DNA of 64,000 nt, from positions 133,279-197,278 of the forward strand of contig JAANOX010000121.1 in the NCBI GenBank assembly GCA_020184695.1, given 5' to 3'. The notes under the pieces are model-generated. The model did no database searches. It was given only the letters and a program-made list of their open reading frames with translations, and was not told where the DNA came from. Each line of letters starts with the position of its first letter. Positions within the stretch are counted from its first letter, which is position 1. This document shows positions 19,652-30,356 of the stretch, piece after piece. Both the position numbers and the translations under genes were made by a program. This stretch comes from Histomonas meleagridis 2922-C6/04-290x (Eukaryota > Protista > Parabasalia).

Positions 19652-20192
19652 TTTTATGAGTGAATTTCACAATTATCAATTTCGTTGTTCTAAAATCATT
19701 ATTTGTTATAATTTTATCGACTTTTTTAATAAATAACAATGTGCCACACATTTATTAGCTATGCTTAGCTTAGTTTTCTAAAAAAATTAATTTTTGAAAA
19801 TTATTATCAAAATTTTTATAATTTTAATCGAAAAGAAAAATAAATGATTTACGTTCGCGCGAACTGCATTGAAAGTTTAATTCCATTTATACAAAGAAGA
19901 AAAATAAAATTCAAAATAGATGCACAAGTTCAAATACTGGATTAGCTTCTTTAAACAAAAGAATAGTATCATCATTTAAAGATATAAATTAAGGACATTT
20001 ACGATATTGATATCAAATCATTACAAGAATTTCTGGTTTTTGTTCTACACCGCCATTAAGAAGTACACTTTTTGTATCAATAGATAACACTTTTTCAACT
20101 TAAACGATATATTCTTTGAAACTTTTTAAACGTGTTCTAATCGGTCTCTTGAGACCATTTATGCGTACGTTATTAAATGAACTCACTTTTTA

Positions 20193-22571
20193 ATGACTAA
20201 AAAAATTGTTCCACTTCACGAAGTTGAAAGATTAATTAAACAACTCGATAACCCAATCCGTAGTGCAAAGATTCGTGCTGCTTCTCAATTAGAAAATATT
20301 CCTGTTTATCCTTCTTTAATATCATCACCTGAACAATTTATTAATGATGTTCTATTACCTGTATTACACCATATTTCAAATGAGACAGAAAGTGTGCGTG
20401 AAAGTTGTGTTAAAATAATTCAATCTTATATTAAACAATTAGGAACAAATTTTATTCATCAAATTTTTCAAATTATTTTCCCAAAACTTGTTTCACGTCT
20501 TGAAAGTGAAGATATAGAGCCAGCTGAACAAATTCGTCTTTCTTTATTAAAGCTTATATGGGAAATAATCAAAATGGTTCCAAAAGATTCACAAGAAATC
20601 AGCCTTAACGATTATACAGAAATGCTCTCTTCTCCTCTAACTGTTTCTTTTAAAGCTACTGATGCCAAAATGAAGAAAACTGGTTGTTATGTTTTAAATT
20701 CACTTATGGAAGTTACTTCTCCTGAGTCTTTGCAACAAGTTTCTGTTACTCTTATCAATTCAATCATTCCGAATTGTCTTCATAAGCATTATGAAGTGCG
20801 TAAGCTATCGGTATCGTCACTTTCAGTGCTTTACGCCAAAACTGGCGAAATTGAATCAATCGACAAGCTCAAAGACATACTTCAATTTCTTACGGATGAT
20901 ACTAATTCTGAAGTCCGCAAAGGTGTTATTGAATTTTGTGTAAATCTTTTAGTTTCACATGAGCATCGACATTTATTATATTATCCACTTCTTCTTCCAA
21001 TTTTATATTTTCTACGTCCATTAATACCTATACCACCAAATCAAATTAGTTCATCTACTACTGAAGAAGCGATTCTTTCATATGATTCCATATGTAAAAT
21101 TGCGCAACAATATGAACAAGATAATTCTATAACATCAAATGAAACGTTTCAATTTGATCAAAATCATTTTCTTTCCACTGGAATTATCCGAATTATATGC
21201 GATAATATCAACAAATTTATGGATTTACTTTTACCAATGTTAACTGATTGGAAAGAAACGAATCGAATTTATGGGTTTTCATCACTTATTTCAATTTTAT
21301 ATATTTCGCATATGAATATCACAAATTATATTCCACAAATATTTCAGCGTTTATATTTTTCATTACGAGATATGAGAGGAGATCAACAAAATGCACTTGA
21401 CACTGCATCTGTTGCTTCATATGATGTTAATTGTGATGACATTATTAATATATTTTTACCCAAAATTACAAACGAAGGACCAAAAGAAATTATTTTACTT
21501 TTGATAGTTATCGTACGCAATAGTATAATTAGTGATGAATTTTTAGATAATATATTAACACAATGTATTAATTCACATATTTATGAATGTTTAGAATGTA
21601 ATGATTCATTAATCCAATTAACAATAGCAATAATTAGAAAATCGAAAACTTATTCAACTAATAATACGTCGAAACTTTTACATTTCATATTAAAACTTTG
21701 TGAAAGTACAAATTCATTACAATTATTTGAAAATGTATTTGATGAATCGATTTCGATAATATTTTCACAACATATCCAAACATTATTAAAGATGGAAGAT
21801 ATAACACCACAATACTTATCGCAATTACTATTAATTGCACCAATTATATCAGTACAAGAAAACCAAGAACTTATTTGTAATATATTAATTGATACAATAA
21901 AAAGTACAAATTCATCAAATGTTAAATCGGAACTTTATGAATTAATAATCAAATTGTCAAAACGTAAAATCTTTTCTAACTTAAATGATGACTTTATCGA
22001 CGTAATATTGGAAGGAATGGTTTGGTATCCAGGAAAAGATAAAATTTGTTTTCGAGAAAATTCAACTTTATCACTTTCATCCATTATTAAATATAATGGA
22101 ATTAATGAAGAAACGCTTAAAAGAAATGAAGAGAAAATTTTACCAATGATCTTATCATCGATGGATGATACATGGGCAGATGAAGTTCGAGTTGCAGGGA
22201 TGAAAGCAATGTTACACTTTATTAAGAGAATCGATTTTAACGCCAATGATTTCGATAAAATTTATTCTGCTATTAGACAAAGAATGGACGATAACTTATT
22301 AACTATTCGAATTTTGGCTGTGAAAATTATGGCCGAATATTTACCGAAATGTAATAATGTAAATATCGATGACAAATGGAACGATTTGTTGATATTTATC
22401 GATGATGATAGTATTGAAATGAGATCTGAAATGGAAAAATTAATTAGAAATTGTCTGAGAATTGAATCGTTTAAAGATTCGTTGAAAAAGAATTTAAAGG
22501 AACAAAAAAATTATCATAAAGAAGCTGATGAAATATGTGAAAAATTGTTAATGGAAACCGAAAATGAATAA
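20193..22571 (+). CDS. HEAT-repeat protein, DNAAF5/HEATR2-like (dynein assembly factor)
   Basis: 792 aa of HEAT repeats; ETESVRESC and RLESEDIEPAEQIRLSLL resemble HEATR2; orthology tentative. Confidence 0.65.
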   Translation: MTKKIVPLHEVERLIKQLDNPIRSAKIRAASQLENIPVYPSLISSPEQFINDVLLPVLHHISNETESVRESCVKIIQSYIKQLGTNFIHQIFQIIFPKLVSRLESEDIEPAEQIRLSLLKLIWEIIKMVPKDSQEISLNDYTEMLSSPLTVSFKATDAKMKKTGCYVLNSLMEVTSPESLQQVSVTLINSIIPNCLHKHYEVRKLSVSSLSVLYAKTGEIESIDKLKDILQFLTDDTNSEVRKGVIEFCVNLLVSHEHRHLLYYPLLLPILYFLRPLIPIPPNQISSSTTEEAILSYDSICKIAQQYEQDNSITSNETFQFDQNHFLSTGIIRIICDNINKFMDLLLPMLTDWKETNRIYGFSSLISILYISHMNITNYIPQIFQRLYFSLRDMRGDQQNALDTASVASYDVNCDDIINIFLPKITNEGPKEIILLLIVIVRNSIISDEFLDNILTQCINSHIYECLECNDSLIQLTIAIIRKSKTYSTNNTSKLLHFILKLCESTNSLQLFENVFDESISIIFSQHIQTLLKMEDITPQYLSQLLLIAPIISVQENQELICNILIDTIKSTNSSNVKSELYELIIKLSKRKIFSNLNDDFIDVILEGMVWYPGKDKICFRENSTLSLSSIIKYNGINEETLKRNEEKILPMILSSMDDTWADEVRVAGMKAMLHFIKRIDFNANDFDKIYSAIRQRMDDNLLTIRILAVKIMAEYLPKCNNVNIDDKWNDLLIFIDDDSIEMRSEMEKLIRNCLRIESFKDSLKKNLKEQKNYHKEADEICEKLLMETENE

Positions 22572-22675
22572 ATATTTGAATTCGTTTTTTAGTTTATGTT
22601 TGTTAATGATAATTTTCATCCTCCTCTTTTAGGAAAAATTGTTTGATAATAGAATTATGTTTTGATCTCATTTTA

Positions 22676-23479
22676 ATGAAATGTCCAAATGGTTCAATAA
22701 TATTTATTGAAAAGGTTTTCGGAGAATGTGTTTTAACTACAAGTGATAAAATCAGCTTTGGAATTGGTATTATTTCAATCGTATTCTGGCTTTCATGTTC
22801 GTCACCACAAATTTTCCAAAATTGCATGCTTAAAAGAGTTGAAGGGATTTCACCTTTATTTTTTACTTTGATCTTTATTGGTGACATAATTGGTCTCATT
22901 GGACTGTTTGTTAAAAAAGATATTCTCTCAACTCAAATTGTCTTAGGCTTTGTATTTTTAATTCTTGATGGAATTCTGTTTATTCAATACCTATATTATC
23001 AACATGTAATTCATAAATGTTGTATAGAGAAAGATATAGAAGAAAATTTTAATAATGAGAAAACTAATGAAATACCAAATTATATTTGGTATCATTTCCC
23101 TGTAAATTCATTATTATTCACTGCACAGTTGTCTTATTCTTTGGAGTTAAACAAACCTTACAAAGGAAAGGAACTGATTGGAACAATATTTGGTTGGATT
23201 TCATTTGGAATTTATTTTGGATCGCGTATTCCACAGGTTTTAATGAATTGTAAATATAAAACAATTGGTGATATTAATATTTATTTTATCTTATTATCAG
23301 TTCTTGGAAATATATCATACATTTTTTCAGTCTTAATTAAAAGTTTTAAAATTGATTATTTATGGTCACAACTCCCATATCTTTTAGGAGCAATAGGGCC
23401 AATGATATGTGATTTAATTTTAATGTTCCAAAGTAAACTATATAAAAATCATAATGATATTGGAATAAACTCAAATTGA
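22676..23479 (+). CDS. PQ-loop repeat transporter (PQLC2/YPQ-like)
   Basis: Two PQ motifs (SSPQIFQN, RIPQVLMN) and multiple TM segments; ATG 22676 follows Inr-like TCATT. Confidence 0.9.
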   Translation: MKCPNGSIIFIEKVFGECVLTTSDKISFGIGIISIVFWLSCSSPQIFQNCMLKRVEGISPLFFTLIFIGDIIGLIGLFVKKDILSTQIVLGFVFLILDGILFIQYLYYQHVIHKCCIEKDIEENFNNEKTNEIPNYIWYHFPVNSLLFTAQLSYSLELNKPYKGKELIGTIFGWISFGIYFGSRIPQVLMNCKYKTIGDINIYFILLSVLGNISYIFSVLIKSFKIDYLWSQLPYLLGAIGPMICDLILMFQSKLYKNHNDIGINSN

Positions 23480-23835
23480 ATATATGCACACACATTTTGA
23501 TAAGTCTTTTTTTAGAATTTGGAAAATAAGTTTTATAAGGCATTTAAAAACATGAAAGTATGCATTGAATTTCTTCTTTATTTATTATATGGAGAAACTT
23601 TTAATATTCAATATATGCTTAGCATTTAAATTAATTTGAAAATTCAGACTTTTATAATGAATAAAAACTATATTTTATTTTTTTGAACCAATTTGAGAAT
23701 TATGATATAAATTTTTAAACATATCTTGTGTATTTTTCAAATGAAACTTTTGATTTTATTAATACATTATGATATTCACAAAAGAAAAAAAAAAAACTTA
23801 AACATTTCACAAATAACTCACATCATTTTTTGTTA

Positions 23836-25161
23836 ATGATTCTTTTGTTCATAACAACAATTTTCAGTAAAGAAATTAAACATAAATTCATTTATTATGG
23901 TAATAAATCCAAACATGATGATGAAAAATTTAAATTAAGAGAAATTTATAATAACAAATGCAATAACAATCCCCAAGATAAAAAATGTGAAACATTAAGA
24001 ACCATCAGTGAACAATATGAAAAATACTTTATATACAGGGAATTAAGTGAAATTAAAAACATTAAGAATGAAGTTACAGGAATCGACACTGCTATTATAT
24101 ATATTGGAGCTGATAATCAAAAAACACCAATTGATCTTTCTGGTATTTCAGGAACCAAAATTGTTATAAAAGCATTAGAAGCGGTCGATAAAGTTTATGT
24201 AGATGGGAAAATGAACTATGATTCAATTCCTGTTCTTGTTTTTGATGTTCCTATTGTAATAAATGGCAATATGAAAGCAAAAATTCTTTTCGTCAAGTCA
24301 TATGAAGGCGGAAAGATAAGTAGTGAAACTATTATTGCTCCTTTATCATTGACAAAAACTATCACAGCAGAAAAAATTTTTGCTTACTATGATTCCATCA
24401 ATGAAATAAAGATTACAAAGGAAAACATTCAAATTGATAATGAAATCAGTTTGAGTTCAATATTTATAAATCCATATATAGATTCACCCAAAGAAATCAT
24501 TGTTGATATGACAAACGAAATTGAAAATTCTAATATGGATATATATTTCGAAAATCCATCTTTTAGTTTATATAATAATTATTTAGATGGTTTTGATGTT
24601 GATGGTTATATTAACTTAGAAAAATATCTAAATAATGAAGTCATCAATTCAACAAAAATTGTATTAAAAGATGATAAAAATCAAGCGTCGAAATTAAAAC
24701 TCTTTATATATACAACACCAAAAAGCAGAAAACTTTTTGATGAAAAGTCATTAGCAGGATTTAATAATTTTGTAGTAAAAGAAGACAGGACTTTCGAAGT
24801 GTATAAAGATAAAGAACAAATTGTTGGTCCACTTCAACAAGAACCCAAGGAACAATCATCAACGGATGGAAAAATTACACAACAAAATCCAAATGCACCA
24901 ACAGATCCATCTAAAATTTCACTCCATTCACCAGCCCAAAGTATTGATCCAATACAACAAAAAGTTACTGGCGCACCAAAATTAGATCAAAAGCAAATAT
25001 CAAAAGAAAATAAAACACGATCAACAAATTCAACAGCTTCGGCTAATAAAAATGAGAAAGGATCTAATGTAGGACTAATCGTTGGTATTGTAATAGTGTG
25101 CATAATCATCATTGCTGGTGTAGCTACTGCTATCATTTTGCACAAGAAAAACAATTCCTAA
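23836..25161 (+). CDS. Type I membrane/surface protein of unknown function
   Basis: Signal peptide (MILLFITTIFS), Q/P/S/T-rich stalk, TM GLIVGIVIVCIIIIAGVATAIIL, short basic tail. Confidence 0.8.
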   Translation: MILLFITTIFSKEIKHKFIYYGNKSKHDDEKFKLREIYNNKCNNNPQDKKCETLRTISEQYEKYFIYRELSEIKNIKNEVTGIDTAIIYIGADNQKTPIDLSGISGTKIVIKALEAVDKVYVDGKMNYDSIPVLVFDVPIVINGNMKAKILFVKSYEGGKISSETIIAPLSLTKTITAEKIFAYYDSINEIKITKENIQIDNEISLSSIFINPYIDSPKEIIVDMTNEIENSNMDIYFENPSFSLYNNYLDGFDVDGYINLEKYLNNEVINSTKIVLKDDKNQASKLKLFIYTTPKSRKLFDEKSLAGFNNFVVKEDRTFEVYKDKEQIVGPLQQEPKEQSSTDGKITQQNPNAPTDPSKISLHSPAQSIDPIQQKVTGAPKLDQKQISKENKTRSTNSTASANKNEKGSNVGLIVGIVIVCIIIIAGVATAIILHKKNNS

Positions 25162-25748
25162 TAAAATTTAATCAAGATTCAATTATTTTCTTTATTAATA
25201 ATTCATTAGTACAAAATTAAATAGCAAATGTCTTAGTGTTATATAGCCACAATATAAATATATTATTTTTGATTGACTACCGTGAAAAACCTGTAGACCG
25301 ACAACAAAACTTTAGATAAATCATAAATTTTTATATAGTTTGTTAGCAAATAGAAATTTTAACATATGTTCAGTCCCAAAAATATGAATTAATTAAAATA
25401 TGAAAAGAAAATCGATTTTCTTGAAAAGATTTTTTTATTGTTAACGTTCTCCTTAGTGAAATGAGTGACAAATAGGAATATTGCGAAAATCACAAAATTA
25501 AATCGAAAAAAAATTTATTAAATATATATTACTAAGTATGTTCTCTATGAATAATGCTACAGTGTAGATGTAAGTTATATTAAGGTGTCGGCCTACATGT
25601 TTTTCACTGCTGTTTACTAATAAATATAATAGTTCAACTATTTTGAAAACTCAATTTTATTTGTTGTTGTTTTGTATCAAATCGCACTTAATTAATATAT
25701 CAAATGAGTAACCACAGAAATTGTTTTTTACTAAAAATTATTTGCAAT

Positions 25749-26330
25749 TTAACAATTACATCCACTGTCTCTTGGCGTGCTAATTACTGGAGCCAATTCA
25801 TCAATAGGCATAATTTTCGGACCTAATTCTGTTGCAAGATCAGTAAAAAGTAATTCAACATTTTCACCTGTCTTAGCGGATACCTCAAAGTACTTTAGTC
25901 CGTTCTGTATTGCAAAGTTTTTTGCTTCTTCATTTGATACCATTCTCTGATCTACCAAATCAATCTTATTCCCAACCAAATATAAAGGTGCGTTTTCAAG
26001 TGCATTATTTTTAAATTCCCGTATCCATGAATTCAATGATTCAAAAGAGCTTGGTTCTGTAATGTCAAAAACAATAATTCCTGCTGAAGCAGATCTTGAA
26101 TATAAACCGGTGAATGTTCTATACCGCTCTTCCCCAGCAGTGTCCCATATACGTAATTGAACGATTCCTTTGTGTGTTGATATTTCTTCCATTATTACAC
26201 CAGATCCAACTGTTGGAGTAACCATTCTTTTAAATACTTTTTCATGCAATTGTAGAACAATACTTGTTTTCCCTACGCTTGAAGATCCAAGCATCACAAC
26301 TTTGTGGGAACTTTCTGCATCACTGTTCAT
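25749..26330 (-). CDS. Rab-family small GTPase
   Basis: GSSSVGKT, PTVG, WDTAGEE, NKID, SAK, C-terminal CNC prenylation motif; start set at ATG 26330. Confidence 0.92.
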   Translation of the reverse strand: MNSDAESSHKVVMLGSSSVGKTSIVLQLHEKVFKRMVTPTVGSGVIMEEISTHKGIVQLRIWDTAGEERYRTFTGLYSRSASAGIIVFDITEPSSFESLNSWIREFKNNALENAPLYLVGNKIDLVDQRMVSNEEAKNFAIQNGLKYFEVSAKTGENVELLFTDLATELGPKIMPIDELAPVISTPRDSGCNC

Positions 26331-26853
26331 GGGTTTTGGAAGTTTACAACAACAGAAAAAGCGAAAAAGGGGTAAACAAAAAGTGAACATGAAAGAAGAA
26401 AATAATCGGAATCGGTAAAGAATTCATTATTCTTTATTTTTAATATGTTTTTTATGCAAGAAAGAGACAAGGGCTTTAAAGGCATTAATGTAATTCGTTT
26501 AATATTTTTCGGTTTGATTGATTTGTTCAAAATGATTTTTTTTCATACGATCTTAAGCCTAATTAATCATTTAGTACCAATCAAAGTAACAATAATTTTT
26601 TAGGAAAATCATTTTAAATGTGCATTTTACTTAATGTAAAAATGGTCAAATTTTATTTATTTAGGAATAAACCACGAGACTTTCAAAATATTTAGCTAGC
26701 TCAGATCTATTTTTTTAAATAATCAGCTATAAGAAGAATTTAGAAATAATTTTTTATCAGAATCCAAAAGAACAAAAAATTCAATCTCAAAAAATCGTTC
26801 TTTTCTGAAAAAAATTATCGTTGTATTGAAATTTAATTTCAAAATTTCTTTGT

Positions 26854-27585
26854 TTACTCATGCTTTCCTTGAGCGCGGAGTTTTGCGATTGTCTTTTCGC
26901 TAAGTTCACCACCACCCCAGTGATGCATTTCTTCCTTGTATTTCATGAGGAAGTTAGCATTGACTGAATCAACAATCTGTGAAAGAGCCTTGCGGTCTTC
27001 AGGACGAACATCAGAAACAGCAATGCATGTGCATGTCTTCATACCGACGACTTTACCGAGACGAGCCTTTGATTTGACAATAACATATGGGATGTCAAGC
27101 TTGCGGCAAAGAGCTGGGAGCCATATAACAATTTCGATTGGATCTACATCATGAGCAATGACAACAAGGCTTGCTTTCTTAGCTTCAACAAGAGATGTTA
27201 CATCCTTGATACCATAAGAAAGTGCTTTCTTAGCAGAAACATCAGCTGGAGCAAGTGATTTTTCAGACTTTTCAGCGGCTGCTTTGAGACGGAGTTTCTT
27301 TTCTGCCTTTGTTTCTGGGCGATACTTTTCAAGGAACTTGAAGATTTGAACAGCAGTAGCCTTATCAACAGCATGGTTGAAATGGTTCACTGGTGGTGGG
27401 ACCTTAAGACGCTTCATGAGGATACGACGTTGGCGTTGGATGCGGACATACTTGGGGAAACGAACTTTAGATGCTGCAACAACCTTAGCCTGCTTCTTTT
27501 CTTGTGTGAATAAGAAGTCTTGGTTCTTGATATCAGCATCCAAAATAACTTTTTCTGGTTGAGCACGAGCTGTTCTTCGTGACAT
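26854..27585 (-). CDS. RPL7A: 60S ribosomal protein L7a (eL8)
   Basis: VRFPKYVRIQRQRRIL, VVIAHDVDPIEIVIWLPALCRK, YVIVKSKARLG, HWGGG; strongly biased codons. Confidence 0.97.
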   Translation of the reverse strand: MSRRTARAQPEKVILDADIKNQDFLFTQEKKQAKVVAASKVRFPKYVRIQRQRRILMKRLKVPPPVNHFNHAVDKATAVQIFKFLEKYRPETKAEKKLRLKAAAEKSEKSLAPADVSAKKALSYGIKDVTSLVEAKKASLVVIAHDVDPIEIVIWLPALCRKLDIPYVIVKSKARLGKVVGMKTCTCIAVSDVRPEDRKALSQIVDSVNANFLMKYKEEMHHWGGGELSEKTIAKLRAQGKHE

Positions 27586-27588
27586 TCG

Positions 27589-27628
27589 AAAGGAAGGCCA
27601 AACCGATAACCGCTTATGACAACGGTTA
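27589..27628 (-). promoter_or_regulatory. M3 + M5-like core promoter of RPL7a
   Basis: Minus strand reads AACCGTTG...AGCGGTTA (M3 consensus DRCSGTTD) then CCTTT 3 nt before ATG, as described for T. vaginalis promoters. Confidence 0.65.
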
Positions 27629-27708
27629 ATAATAAACGGTGGATGTCTAATTGACTACTTTACAAAATATAAAAATGTTTCTAATTGTGTTTTAGCTATA
27701 AACTTTAC

Positions 27709-28782
27709 TTAGCGTGTGACTCTGTATGTTGCGATTCTCTTCAAAAGTTCCTGAAGTTCTGGTGTCTTAAAGTGGTCTCTTATTGGTTGTATCAGCATAT
27801 CGACATATTTGGCAACATCTTCTCTAAATTGTTTCTCGTTCTTAAGAATTTCTGGGAAGTCTTGTTGTACTTGTTCAGGACTTGTGTATGTCTTACCACA
27901 AAGTGTAACCTCGTCAAATCGCCTCAATATGATGTATTTCAAGTACTCAAAGAGAGGGTTCTTCGATGGCTCTAGTGGGCATGCTGCAATTCCGATTTTA
28001 CGGTAGATCTCTTCAGTTGTATCTTCAATGAAAATAGCACTATCTGGATCACTCTTACTCATCTTTAGCTCAGCACCTTTGAGACCCATAAGCATGTGGT
28101 GTGAAAGAATCATTGGTGGTGTTCGCTTGATTGAATTTGCATATTCAATTGCAAGCATGTTAACTTTTCTTTGGTCAACACCAAGTTGGCAGAAATCTAC
28201 GCCAAGCATGAAAACGTCAGCAGCTTGCATGCAAGGATAGATAAATTGAGAAAGTGATAAATTATCACCTTCTTTACGTCCCATGATTTGAACTGTACGC
28301 TTGATACGATTAAGTGTGGCAAACTCAGATATCTTGTTAACAAGTTCAAAATATTCTTTTTGATGAGCTTTGATAAATTCCATTGACCAGATAAACTCAA
28401 CATGATTGAGATCCATGCCACAGGCACGAAAAACTTCAATGAAATAAACACCAACATCATGTATCCATTCTAAGTTTCCATTCATTTTGTGATTGAGCTT
28501 TGCAAAAATATCTGCAATGTAGAGAACCATTGTTCCTCCTGCCTTAATTATAGCATTAGCATTAATGGATGTTGTTAAAGCTTGAGCAATATGCATTCTG
28601 CCACTTGGTTCAAACCCGTTATATGCGCGGAATGTTGGATGTGTTTCTAAAAATTCATCAAGCTTTTCGACGCCTTGAGCATCTTCAGCAATTGACAAGA
28701 GAATTTCCTTTCTTTGTTGTGTTGTGAGGGTTGACATATTTTTGTTATGGTCCATAACCCAAACACACTCAGTCAATTCCAT
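27709..28782 (-). CDS. YARS1: Tyrosyl-tRNA synthetase (archaeal/eukaryotic type)
   Basis: YNGFEPSGRMHIAQ, YPCMQAAD, LGVDQRK, KMSKSDPDSAI; true start may be ATG 28755 or 28737. Confidence 0.95.
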   Translation of the reverse strand: MELTECVWVMDHNKNMSTLTTQQRKEILLSIAEDAQGVEKLDEFLETHPTFRAYNGFEPSGRMHIAQALTTSINANAIIKAGGTMVLYIADIFAKLNHKMNGNLEWIHDVGVYFIEVFRACGMDLNHVEFIWSMEFIKAHQKEYFELVNKISEFATLNRIKRTVQIMGRKEGDNLSLSQFIYPCMQAADVFMLGVDFCQLGVDQRKVNMLAIEYANSIKRTPPMILSHHMLMGLKGAELKMSKSDPDSAIFIEDTTEEIYRKIGIAACPLEPSKNPLFEYLKYIILRRFDEVTLCGKTYTSPEQVQQDFPEILKNEKQFREDVAKYVDMLIQPIRDHFKTPELQELLKRIATYRVTR

Positions 28783-29061
28783 GATTTGAAGGCATATTTC
28801 GACAACTTTTTGAATTATTATTTAGCCAAGTCTCACTTTGGATTTGAATTCACGTCGAATAATTAGAAGAATTCTCTGTGCTTTTGCAAGCATGTAAAGA
28901 TAAAATAGATTCAGAAAGGCTTATGTAAGTATTTGATTTTCGTTTTTGTGAATCACAATAGAAACAAATCAAGGATGAAAATATAGTAAAAATTTTATCG
29001 TAAAAGAAATATTTTACACTTATTCGAAAAGATTTTATATGTATTATTTTATTTATTTGAT

Positions 29062-30303
29062 TCACAATGTACTTTTCAGTATTTCACCGAGAATAGACAA
29101 ATCTCTATTTTTATCAGGAGCTGTATTTAATGCAAATACTTTTGAAGGTGGCATTTCCTTTACTATTTTTACTATGTTCTGTCTTATGTTTTTCATGACC
29201 TCTTTTTTTGCTTCACTTAATTCAGATCCCCAATGTTTCATACAATTATTATAAAACAACATTAACCGGAGGTTTTGTTCAAGTAGATCATTTTCAATAT
29301 CTTTGTATGATCGCACTGAATCTAATGGGATATCCGGTAACTCTCTAGCAAGATTAACAAGATAATCATAAGGAACAGGAACTTCATCGATTCCGATGAA
29401 CTGGCGGTTATCGGCGGTTGAACTCATTGCCGATTCAAGTAATGCTTTATCGATTTGAAATGCTTCTGAGAGGCCGCCTAACCTACGTAATGCGTCCTCG
29501 AGTACAAGGCTACCGAACCTTTCTTGTATAGTATGAAGTGAGCTACGAATGTCTGCTGAATTGCTGATTGCAGAACATAAACTTTTGAATCTTGGTAGAT
29601 CACTTTCATTTGTTGAAGGAGAAAAGTATAAACCTAGAGTATCTGGGAAGGTTTGGACATCGGTTGTATGAGATTTTGTCTCTTCAAAAATAACAGGAAT
29701 ATCTAAGTTTTCAAAAATAGATGTTGTTTGAGTTGTGTCATTAGATAATGTACGAGAAGAAGAGGAAAGTGTATGGGGAGTTTCTCCTTTTAATTGTTTT
29801 TTAACAAGTTTGAGTTGTTTTCGGAAAAATTGTAAGATGGTAGATCCTTCTTTGAAAACAAAGCTTCCTGGTGGATTGTAAGTCATACAATTGTTAAACA
29901 TTAAGTACATATCATCTTTAAATTGTTGAAGAGATTGATACTCATCATCATGAATTTTGGATTTGATTGTAGAAAGGTCCATTGGATGTTTAACAATTGA
30001 AAAATAGCCAGGAGCTATATCTTCAGTTACTGGTTGAGCAAAAATTTTTTGAATATCTTTTTGGGAAACCTTCTTGACTAAATCATTGATAGCTTTAACA
30101 AGTGCTGGCGATGGTGGAACTCTTGGTGGAGCATTTGGATCACGTTTTCCAATAGATAATGTAATTCTAGTTCCTTGGGTACGAACACCACTATATTTAA
30201 AATTAATTTTTAATGGTGGAGGAATAGCAGATTCTTGAGTGGTTGTAAATCTTAAAAGTCTTTTAGGTTTTCTAGTTTTTTCTTTCTTTTCTTTTTTATT
30301 CAT
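29062..30303 (-). CDS. Bromodomain protein (BRD7/BRD9-like)
   Basis: IFAQPVTEDIAPGYFSIVKHPMDLSTI...LMFNNCMTYN. Confidence 0.88.
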   Translation of the reverse strand: MNKKEKKEKTRKPKRLLRFTTTQESAIPPPLKINFKYSGVRTQGTRITLSIGKRDPNAPPRVPPSPALVKAINDLVKKVSQKDIQKIFAQPVTEDIAPGYFSIVKHPMDLSTIKSKIHDDEYQSLQQFKDDMYLMFNNCMTYNPPGSFVFKEGSTILQFFRKQLKLVKKQLKGETPHTLSSSSRTLSNDTTQTTSIFENLDIPVIFEETKSHTTDVQTFPDTLGLYFSPSTNESDLPRFKSLCSAISNSADIRSSLHTIQERFGSLVLEDALRRLGGLSEAFQIDKALLESAMSSTADNRQFIGIDEVPVPYDYLVNLARELPDIPLDSVRSYKDIENDLLEQNLRLMLFYNNCMKHWGSELSEAKKEVMKNIRQNIVKIVKEMPPSKVFALNTAPDKNRDLSILGEILKSTL

Positions 30304-30323
30304 CAGTTTGTCACTTTTTGGAG

Positions 30324-30337
30324 CATATTAACGGCCG
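30324..30337. promoter_or_regulatory. CATATTAACGGCCG motif in the 53-bp divergent promoter (M3/Myb-like)
   Basis: Identical 14-mer at 58715-58728; the reverse strand GGCCGTTA fits the M3 consensus. Confidence 0.6.
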
Positions 30338-30356
30338 CTGACATAAACGTCTTCAA

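Noticed and set aside
26331-26390. N-terminal Cys-rich (palmitoylation-like) extension on the Rab
   Set aside because: An Inr-like TCACT lies just inside the upstream ATG, so transcription probably starts after it; not excluded without 5' mapping.
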